Origin: a bacterium | Lineage (GTDB): Bacteria; Eisenbacteria; RBG-16-71-46; CAIMUX01 | DNA: 64,000 nt | Direction: 5' to 3' | Assembly: GCA_030431975.1 (NCBI GenBank) | Contig: JAUIHP010000001.1 | Span: forward strand, 331,597 to 395,596 | Part shown: positions 56,959 to 64,000 of the stretch, piece by piece | How the letters are laid out: every line of letters begins with the position of its first letter | How positions within the stretch are numbered: the stretch's first letter is position 1 | The notes under the pieces: generated by a model | What the model was told of the DNA's origin: nothing | The model's database searches: none | Seen by the model: only the letters and a program-made list of their open reading frames with translations | Position numbers and translations under genes: made by a program

Positions 56959-57276
56959 CGGCGGACTATACGGCCCCAAAGTCGCAGCTGTCCAGATCCG
57001 GCCGCCGGCAGACGGGCGGGACCGAGCAACTCCATGAACGCCGCCGCCAGGCGCGGACGGGCCCATACGCCGGAGGAAACTGGACGCGCACTATGCGGGC
57101 GGGTGGGAACCCGCGCCTAACGAAGCTGGACGCCGCACCGGGCAGTTGGGCACCCGTGCCTCACAAAAGCCGGTCGCTGTCTTGGGCAGTTGGGCACCCG
57201 TGCCTCAGAAGAGCTGGTCGCTGTCGTGGTGGACCGGCGGCTCACGAACCCTGCCGCTGCGGCCGATGCCTGCAGT

Positions 57277-57837
57277 ATGGCGTTTGTCTTTACGCGATCG
57301 GCTCGGGACAAGGCACGTAGCGGATTGCGCTTCGCTACGATCGCTGTACCCGTTGCTGCAGGATTGCTCTACCTCACCATCAGTCGGGAGCTTTGGCTTG
57401 CGGCCGGTGTCCTCGGGCTCTTTGGGGTGCTTGCAGGTTTCGGGTCGTTCATGGCGGTCGTCATGGCGGTTCTGCTGCTCCGTGCCGGGGGTGCGTGGCG
57501 AATCGAGGTGACCGAATCGGCCCTGATCTGGGCATCGCCGACCGATGCCGTCGACCCCTCGTTCGAGATTGCGTTGGCCGACATCGACCATGTCCTGATC
57601 GAAGTCGAGAAAGTCCGGCCTGACGGAACCGACGACATCGACGACTACTTCCTCGTCCGCAGGGATGGCCGCGCCGTAAAGCTGAACAAGGTGAGCGGAG
57701 TCTCCCTCGAGGACCTGGTGGAAGCCCTCACGGCTGAAGGAATAGAGACGCAAAGGCATCTCGGTCACGTCCGGATCGTCGATGGCCAAATCGAGCGCCG
57801 CCCGCCCAAACGTTCACAAAGACGCGCCTCCGCGTAG
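57277..57837 (+). CDS. hypothetical membrane protein
   Basis: Two TM segments 'FATIAVPVAAGLLYLTI...LAAGVLGLFGVLAGFGSFMAVVMAVLLL'; start ambiguous (57190 or 57277). Confidence 0.4.
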   Translation: MAFVFTRSARDKARSGLRFATIAVPVAAGLLYLTISRELWLAAGVLGLFGVLAGFGSFMAVVMAVLLLRAGGAWRIEVTESALIWASPTDAVDPSFEIALADIDHVLIEVEKVRPDGTDDIDDYFLVRRDGRAVKLNKVSGVSLEDLVEALTAEGIETQRHLGHVRIVDGQIERRPPKRSQRRASA

Positions 57838-57849
57838 CCCCGGCACCCG

Positions 57850-58145
57850 ACGGGATCCGCGTTCCAGCCTACGACGAAATCCGTGCTCCAGCCTCCGACG
57901 GCATCCGCGCTCCAGCACCCAGCGGAATCCGTGGTCCAACACCCGACGGAATCCGCGTTCCAGCACCCCCCGACAGAGTCCGCGTTCCACCACCTGGCGG
58001 AATCCGCGTTCCGGCACCCGACGAAATCCGTGCTTCAGCCTCCGACGGAACCCGCGCTCCAGCACCCGACGGAACCCGTGCTCCAGCCTCCGACGAAATC
58101 CGTGCTTCAGCCTCTGACGGAACCCGCGCTGCAACACCCGGCGGC
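57850..58145. repeat. 24-bp tandem repeat x ~12, consensus CCGACGGAATCCGCGYTCCAGCAC
   Basis: 'ccgacgaaatccgtgctccagcctccgacggcatccgcgctccagcacccagcggaatccgtggtccaacacccgacggaatccgcgttccagcacccc...'; no convincing ORF in any frame. Confidence 0.85.
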
Positions 58146-58201
58146 CATACCGACCGACCGCAAGCGCATCTGGTGTGGCGGACCGGGTTTGGGCGATCGG
58201 A

Positions 58202-59605
58202 TCACACCAGTTTCGACAGGCTCCAGCTTGCGAGGCTCAGGACGATCAGGAAGCCGCAGACGTCGGTGATCGTGGTCAGGATTGGGCCCGAGGCGAGCGC
58301 GGGATCCGCTTTGAAGCGTTTGAGCAGCACCGGAACGGTTCCTCCGATACAGACGGCGATCAGGGAGTTCAGGGCCATTGCGCCACCGACCACGAGTCCG
58401 AACCAGGGATTGCTCTGCCAAAGCCACCCGACGACGCCAAGCAGCAGTCCGAGACTGAGCCCGTTGACGAGTCCGACTCCCAGCTCCTGCTTCAGTACCC
58501 ACCAGGCATCCTTGGGGCGGATGACGCCGAGGGCGAGCTCGCGCAAACTGACGGCGACCGCCTGATTGCCCGTGCACCCGCTCATGTCGGAGATGATGGG
58601 TAGGAAAACCGCGAGCGCGATGACGGCCTCCAGAGTGCCCTGCCGCGCTGCGATGACGGACGCGGCAACGATGTTGAGAAGCACATTGACCGAGAGCCAG
58701 GCCAGTCGTCGGCCGGCCCGTCCCCAAAAGGGCATCGACCGAAGTTCGTCTCCGCCGACGATTCCCTGAGACTTGAGGAACTCCCCCTCCGAACGCTCCC
58801 CGAGCGCTTCCTCGACATCAATTCGGCGGACAACACCGACAATCCGCCCCGCTTCGTCAACGGCTGGAACGGCAACGAACGAGACACGGTCGAAGAGAAG
58901 TTCCAAGTCCTGCAGGGTGGCGTGGTCCGAGACCGTCTGAAGGCTGTCGAACATAATCGAATCAATCCGAGTCTCCGCGGGAGTCATCAGCAAGTCCCGA
59001 AGGCGGAGCACGCCGACAAGCACGCCTTTCTCGTCCGTGACGTACGCGTACTGCACATCGAATCGGGCGAGTTCATCCGCGCGCGACCGCATGTCCTGTA
59101 CGAGCTGAGCGACGGTCAGGTCCCGGTGAAAGAATAGGTACTCCCGGCGCATCAGACCGCCGGCGACGTCATCGTCGTAGCCGGTCAGCGCACGGACGCC
59201 CTCGACATCCGGGTCCTCCATTTCCTGAAGGACGGCCTCCCTGGCCGTCTCGTCCATCTCCCCGAGAAAGTCCGCCTGCTCGTCGCTCGGCAACTCGTCA
59301 AGGATGTCCGCCGCGACCGCCGTCGAGAGGTTCGAGAGTTCTTCGGCCGCCTGGGAGAACGGAATCTCTTCTATGTAGTGGGCGGCGTGAGTCGGCGACA
59401 GCCGTTCCCAAAGAAGAATCCGCTCGTGTTCTTCCAATTGGCCCAGCAGTCGCGACATGTCTCCATGCCCAAGCGTGAGCATCAGCGACTCGAGTTCACC
59501 GGGAGAGTCCGCCAAGAGAAGCCGGCGAAGGTCGGACACCGTGATTTCCACCGAATCCGTTGGGGGGACGAGACTCGGCTCGGTCTGAGGTTCCTGAGTG
59601 TCCAT
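58202..59605 (-). CDS. mgtE: magnesium transporter MgtE
   Basis: N-domain + tandem CBS + C-terminal 5-TM MgtE domain ('ISDMSGCTGNQAVAVSLRELALG', 'PILTTITDVCGFLIVL'). Confidence 0.9.
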   Translation of the reverse strand: MDTQEPQTEPSLVPPTDSVEITVSDLRRLLLADSPGELESLMLTLGHGDMSRLLGQLEEHERILLWERLSPTHAAHYIEEIPFSQAAEELSNLSTAVAADILDELPSDEQADFLGEMDETAREAVLQEMEDPDVEGVRALTGYDDDVAGGLMRREYLFFHRDLTVAQLVQDMRSRADELARFDVQYAYVTDEKGVLVGVLRLRDLLMTPAETRIDSIMFDSLQTVSDHATLQDLELLFDRVSFVAVPAVDEAGRIVGVVRRIDVEEALGERSEGEFLKSQGIVGGDELRSMPFWGRAGRRLAWLSVNVLLNIVAASVIAARQGTLEAVIALAVFLPIISDMSGCTGNQAVAVSLRELALGVIRPKDAWWVLKQELGVGLVNGLSLGLLLGVVGWLWQSNPWFGLVVGGAMALNSLIAVCIGGTVPVLLKRFKADPALASGPILTTITDVCGFLIVLSLASWSLSKLV

Positions 59606-59776
59606 GGTCGAATCCTGTCGCGAGGGTTTCCGTTCTGCCGAAGTCAGGAGATCCTCGCACACGAAAGTGGCGAGGATCGCCGGGAGGATAGCCCCTACAC
59701 CCAGACATGTCGCGGACGGAGTCGGTCAGCAAAAGCAGGCAAGCGCGACGGGCTTTGTCCCGGACTTAGTTCCGGG

Positions 59777-60295
59777 CTACTTCCAGGCTTGGGTCTGGGC
59801 TTCGTTCCGGGCTCGCTTCCCGGTTCGGTTCTTTGCGGCTTTCGACAAAGCCCTGGAGGGGTCGCGGGTCAGGGTCTTGATGAACTCGGTCCGCCGAAGT
59901 CGCAGCGCAGACCAATCCGCGTCGACGGCGACAACGCGGACCGGCTCGAAGCCCGCCTCGCCGAAGCCTTCCCAACCGTGGTCGCGGTCAAACTCGCCGG
60001 TGTAGAGCTTCGACGTCTTCTTCGGATAGGCGACCCAGAGGACGGCGTCGCCCTCCGTCTTCGTCGAGACCTTCTTCGCGGCCGCGTTCAGTTGCTTCTG
60101 CGTTTGCGCGAACACGACTACGAAGTCGAAGGTCTTTTTCTCCGACCACCTTCTGGCGACACTCACAGCCGACGGAAGGAACTCGAACTCACGCTCAAAA
60201 CTCTCGGGAGCGTCGACAACCAGAATCGGACTTTGTTGCTTCAGCTGAAGCTTGTCGAAGACACAAGGCACGCGCTTACGTGCGCCCTGTCGCAT
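59777..60295 (-). CDS. hypothetical protein
   Basis: ATG 60295 'MRQGARKRVPCVFDKLQLKQQSPILVVDAPESF...'; overlaps the upstream stop by 20 nt; the track ORF start 60499 is upstream with a low-complexity N-terminus. Confidence 0.35.
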   Translation of the reverse strand: MRQGARKRVPCVFDKLQLKQQSPILVVDAPESFEREFEFLPSAVSVARRWSEKKTFDFVVVFAQTQKQLNAAAKKVSTKTEGDAVLWVAYPKKTSKLYTGEFDRDHGWEGFGEAGFEPVRVVAVDADWSALRLRRTEFIKTLTRDPSRALSKAAKNRTGKRARNEAQTQAWK

Positions 60296-61307
60296 CCAGA
60301 TAGCCCCTTGCAATGGGTTCGGCCATCTTCGCCACCTTGGCGGCACTGGCTTCAAGTTCGACGAACGGGACGAACTCCTCGACCAGCAGGTCACGGCGCA
60401 ACTCGAGGCAAAAGACCTGACCCTCGTAGCGAGCGGAGTACTCCGCGGCCATCGAGACTGGGTGCAGGTCGTAGGCTTCGTTCTCCGCGACCTGCACACC
60501 GAGGCGGGCGTACCGTCGCTTCACGGACTCGACCCAGAGCGGCGGAGCTTCCATGACCCCCTCCGGTGTGGTCGTGATGAGGTCGACCTCCGGACGCAAC
60601 TGCCAGCGCGCGTAGTTCTCAGGTTCGTACGCCGTTCGCAGCGCCTTCCCGATCCCTTCGTCGACGTTCTCGATCGCCACGGACTTGGGAGCGTAGGTGT
60701 GAGCGAGAAGCGCGTGTCCTTTCCCGCCCTCACAAATGGCCTGGAAGGCGCGTTCCACAACATGTTGGTACTGCTCGTAGAGCCCCAGGAGCAGTTTCGC
60801 GTCGTCGGCGCTCTTGATGTAGTCCGGGACCGCGGAAGTCAGATCGTTGATGCCCGCCCGGCGGTGTCCGATTTTGCGGTTCGTATCGATGAACGTGCGC
60901 GGGATCAGGCAACGAACAAGGACCACGGACACGCCCGCCTGAGCCACGACGCGCGCAACCTCCCGCCCGTACTCCACGGAGCCGATGTCGGTGTTGATCG
61001 TGAAGAAGTCGATCAGATCCTTCGGCAGTTCCGGAGACAACCGAGAGCGGAGCAGTTCATAATCGCGAACCCGCGTCGCGCCATGTGGGCACTCGATCAG
61101 GAGATCGGGTTCGGACGCACCCGGCCCAGGCGTGCCCGACCCCGACGTGCTCGACCCGGACGTGCTCGATCCGGACGTGCCCGACCCGGACATGGACGGC
61201 GCGAACCACTCGACATCGCAAACGCCGGGAATTGAGGAAATCTGGTCGCGAAGAGGCATGGCTCCAAAGCTCCCTGAGTTGACGAGCACATGGAAGGCTT
61301 GTTTCAA
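60276..61307 (-). CDS. N-formylglutamate amidohydrolase (FGase) family protein
   Basis: 'LLIECPHGATRVRDY', 'FIDTNR', 'HALLAHTYAP' resemble the FGase/HutG-like family; N-terminal (SGT)n repeat from 15-bp DNA repeats at 61140-61200. Confidence 0.55.
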   Translation of the reverse strand: MKQAFHVLVNSGSFGAMPLRDQISSIPGVCDVEWFAPSMSGSGTSGSSTSGSSTSGSGTPGPGASEPDLLIECPHGATRVRDYELLRSRLSPELPKDLIDFFTINTDIGSVEYGREVARVVAQAGVSVVLVRCLIPRTFIDTNRKIGHRRAGINDLTSAVPDYIKSADDAKLLLGLYEQYQHVVERAFQAICEGGKGHALLAHTYAPKSVAIENVDEGIGKALRTAYEPENYARWQLRPEVDLITTTPEGVMEAPPLWVESVKRRYARLGVQVAENEAYDLHPVSMAAEYSARYEGQVFCLELRRDLLVEEFVPFVELEASAAKVAKMAEPIARGYLDATGRT

Positions 61308-61487
61308 GCGTCGGCAGCTAGCCCGAGCTATCTATGAAGGCCCGCATGCAGCTTGCCCAGTCTGCGAAGAGGAAACGTACTCCTCTACCAGCCATCCCGC
61401 AACGGTCCGCCGACGCTGAGTGAGAGGGGCTGAGGAGCCGGCAACAGAAACTGGAGGTTGGGGTTGGGAGCCGGGGGCGGTCGTTCT

Positions 61488-63848
61488 CTACGAGAGAAAG
61501 CGGCCGCGGGCCAGGACGGTCTCGATGCCCAACAACAGGAGGACGAGGATCAGGAGAGGACGCCACAGCTCCCGGCCGTATCGTCCTTCCAGAAGGTCGC
61601 GGGTAATGGGCTCCGAGACCGCGAGCAGCTGGGCGTCGCGACCGAAGGTGCGTTGCAGCCGTCCGGCAGAAGCCACCGCCAGGTTTCCTTCGCGCGGGTC
61701 TAGATTCACGGCAAACCTCGCCATGACCTTCCCGGTGGCATCGGTCAGTTGATGCAGCCCTGCGGCGCTTGTCGTTTCGACGCGGAATCGGTCCATCGCA
61801 CCCTGCTGAATCGGGTCCACGGGTGAGCGGCTGCCGTCCGGATGCTCAAACTGAACCGGCGTCTCGTACTCTCCGCCTTCGACGACGGCCTCCAAAGGAT
61901 CCCCGACCTGACGCGGCCCGCGGTCGCCTCCGGAACGGGACGCCAGATACTCGATGACCAAGTGCGAGAGAGGCAGGAACGCCGCGCTGGTCACGAAGTC
62001 GTTCCAGGCTCCGTCCATGCTGCTCGTAAACAAAACGACGCCGTCCGACTCGATCAGCGCGGGAATCTGGTTCCCGAAGTGGGCGATGACCCGCCCGCCG
62101 TCCTTGGCTTGAGCTTCCACGACTCGCTGAAAGCGCGCCGAACTCAGATCGTCACCGACCGAGACCGGGAAGCCGCGGAACACCGGATGCCCAGCCGCCG
62201 CAGGTCGTAAACTGCGATAGGTCCCTTCCCCCTGCTCGCTCATGATGTTGAGGAGTTCGATCGACGGCGCCAATCGGCCGAGAATCTGTGCGTTGTAGTA
62301 CCGAAGGTCGACCCGGTCGCCCAACGCAATGAGGACTCCTCCTCCACGTTGCTTGAAGCGCACCAGGTTTTCCACCGCAGCTGCGGAAAGTCGACCGACA
62401 TCAGAAAGCACGACAACGTCGACCGTGAGATTCGTCGGGTCGGTCAGTCCACTCGGTGCGACTTCGGAAACCTTGTGGAAACGTCCATCCCCTGTTGGGT
62501 CGAGAGCCCGATGGATGTAGAGGCCATCGTCCTGGACGAGCCCGGTCTCCGCCTGGATCGGCGTGTCGCCGGAACGACCTGAGAGTGAGCCGCGGACCAA
62601 GAGCACCTCTTTGTGGCCCGGATCCGAGGTAACCAGGTGCGCCAGGTTGTCCTCTTCCAGAAGGTCCGGTCCCAGCCGGACTTCAAGCACGCCGCTCTCG
62701 CTCGCCTGGGTCAGGTCGATGTCGACTTCGGTCTCGGCCAACGGCGCCGCATCGAAACGGACGTCGGCCAGGGGCGTCGGAGGATCTCCCGGTTCGAGCA
62801 GACGAATGACCCGACCGCTGATCGGATCGTTCCCTTGATTCTTGATCGTCGCCGTGACGCGTCCCGCTCCCGCAGCGCCCCCGCTCGGGTCGAACGAAAC
62901 GTCGGCGATGGAGGCGTTTTCCTGTCTCTCTTCCCGGACCGGCACGAGATAGACCGTGACGCCTTCCGGCACTTCAACCGCCTCACCGCCGCCTGAGTCG
63001 GCGCCATCTCCCGTTGCACTCCCGTTGCTCCCAGAAGATCCCGGGGTGCCGGAGGAAGGTTCGGCCTCGTCGGCGTGTGCGGTCGTCACCACGAAGCTGC
63101 GGATGGCTCCGAAAGACTCCCTCGCGGTCCGCAGAGCGTCCGGCCCGCCGGGATACAACGCTGCCCACTCGGCCAGGTCTTCGTCCTGAAAGTCGGAGAT
63201 GATGAAGATCTCTTTGTTCATGGTCCGTGAGGACTCGAGGACGGCGATGACCTGCTCCGTTGCCGCACGCAGGTCGGATCCTTGCGGAGCCAGTGTCGTC
63301 CGCTCGATCTCCTGCCGCAGCAAACCCAGATTGGCGACCGGCGTCTGAAACGGAAGGTCGACCGGGCGCCCCGTCCGGGCAAGGACTCCGAAGTCGCCGT
63401 CCTTCATCAGGTCGATGACCTCGAGAGCGCGCTTCTTGGCTTGGCCGAAGAGAGTCGCCTCCTCGCCACCGGAGAGCCCTTCCAATGCACGCGCGTCGGG
63501 GAGCGCGCCCGTCACCGCCGGATCAAAGGCGCCCATGGAATAGCTGTTGTCGAGAAGAATCGCCACCGTCGAGCTTCCTCGACTGACGGTGCTACCCGTT
63601 CCCTGAAGAGCGGGTCGCATCATGGCAAAAGCAAAGCAGGCGATGATGAGGACTCGCAGCGCCAACAGCAGAAACTGGCGCAGCCGCATGCGGCGTACCT
63701 TCTTGATCGAGATCTCGCGGAGATACTCGATGCTCGAGAAGGGAACGTCCTGTGCCTTCTTCTTGCTGAAGAGATGAATGAGGATTGGCAGGACGGCAGC
63801 GGCGAGCCCGGCAAGAAAGATTGCATTGAGGAACGTCAGTCCAAACAA
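61488..63848 (-). CDS. BatA-like protein: N-terminal double-TM anchor + VWA-type domain(s)
   Basis: 'MFGLTFLNAIFLAGLAAAVLPILIHLF' + second TM 'FLLLALRVLIIACFAFAMM' (TIGR02226-like), large extracytoplasmic region, C-terminal TM 'LWRPLLILVLLLLGIETVLA'. Confidence 0.7.
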   Translation of the reverse strand: MFGLTFLNAIFLAGLAAAVLPILIHLFSKKKAQDVPFSSIEYLREISIKKVRRMRLRQFLLLALRVLIIACFAFAMMRPALQGTGSTVSRGSSTVAILLDNSYSMGAFDPAVTGALPDARALEGLSGGEEATLFGQAKKRALEVIDLMKDGDFGVLARTGRPVDLPFQTPVANLGLLRQEIERTTLAPQGSDLRAATEQVIAVLESSRTMNKEIFIISDFQDEDLAEWAALYPGGPDALRTARESFGAIRSFVVTTAHADEAEPSSGTPGSSGSNGSATGDGADSGGGEAVEVPEGVTVYLVPVREERQENASIADVSFDPSGGAAGAGRVTATIKNQGNDPISGRVIRLLEPGDPPTPLADVRFDAAPLAETEVDIDLTQASESGVLEVRLGPDLLEEDNLAHLVTSDPGHKEVLLVRGSLSGRSGDTPIQAETGLVQDDGLYIHRALDPTGDGRFHKVSEVAPSGLTDPTNLTVDVVVLSDVGRLSAAAVENLVRFKQRGGGVLIALGDRVDLRYYNAQILGRLAPSIELLNIMSEQGEGTYRSLRPAAAGHPVFRGFPVSVGDDLSSARFQRVVEAQAKDGGRVIAHFGNQIPALIESDGVVLFTSSMDGAWNDFVTSAAFLPLSHLVIEYLASRSGGDRGPRQVGDPLEAVVEGGEYETPVQFEHPDGSRSPVDPIQQGAMDRFRVETTSAAGLHQLTDATGKVMARFAVNLDPREGNLAVASAGRLQRTFGRDAQLLAVSEPITRDLLEGRYGRELWRPLLILVLLLLGIETVLARGRFLS

Positions 63849-63881
63849 AGTCGCTTCGCCTTCTTCTTCCCGTCCGGGCCG

Positions 63882-64000
63882 TTTAGTTTAGCCGCTGCCG
63901 CTTCTCGAGGTAGCGCAGCAGCGCAAGGTCATATGGCGTGTCCGTCAGCAACCGTTCGAACGTAATGCCGTTGGCGCCGCAGTGCTTGCGATAGAACTCG
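63882..64000 (-). CDS. hypothetical protein, C-terminal fragment (gene continues beyond window)
   Basis: Reverse frame '...EFYRKHCGANGITFERLLTDTPYDLALLRYLEKRQRLN*' open to window edge. Confidence 0.3.

Overview
This is a high-GC (~65%) bacterial chromosomal window. FlgD-Ig-like C-terminal domains and a PF07638-type ECF sigma factor suggest a Gemmatimonadota- or FCB-like lineage; this is inference only. About 55 protein genes are supported. They include a 5'-truncated Type III restriction Res subunit and an ECF sigma factor lying divergent from a cluster of secreted proteins. Housekeeping genes comprise an IMPase-family enzyme, an aminotransferase, a DacA-like carboxypeptidase, Mfd, GuaA and MgtE. 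The window also holds a SWIM–SNF2 helicase, a KamA-family radical-SAM enzyme, and a ~10 kb minus-strand glycan/lipid-linked-sugar cluster (three GT2, an FAD oxidoreductase, DUF5989, and an ABC-2 exporter). Further genes are a translationally coupled SAM-methyltransferase/pullulanase pair, a diheme cytochrome c, a transglutaminase-like protein, a frameshifted DUF222–HNH endonuclease and a BatA-like VWA protein. No rRNA, tRNA or CRISPR was recognised. The most unusual property is a very high density of short tandem-repeat arrays (9–76 bp units), both intergenic and in coding N-termini. Two ~1 kb non-coding stretches (49.6–50.6 kb and 51.9–53.0 kb) consist almost entirely of such arrays. Other points of interest are a shared C-terminal 'SWGxIKxxYR' tail on two Cys-containing secreted proteins and a lipoprotein-like ORF with no canonical start behind a 15-bp repeat. 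There is also an OMP-like protein with an ~85-aa Arg/Gly-rich N-terminal extension. All functional calls rest on motif recognition by eye; no database search was run.
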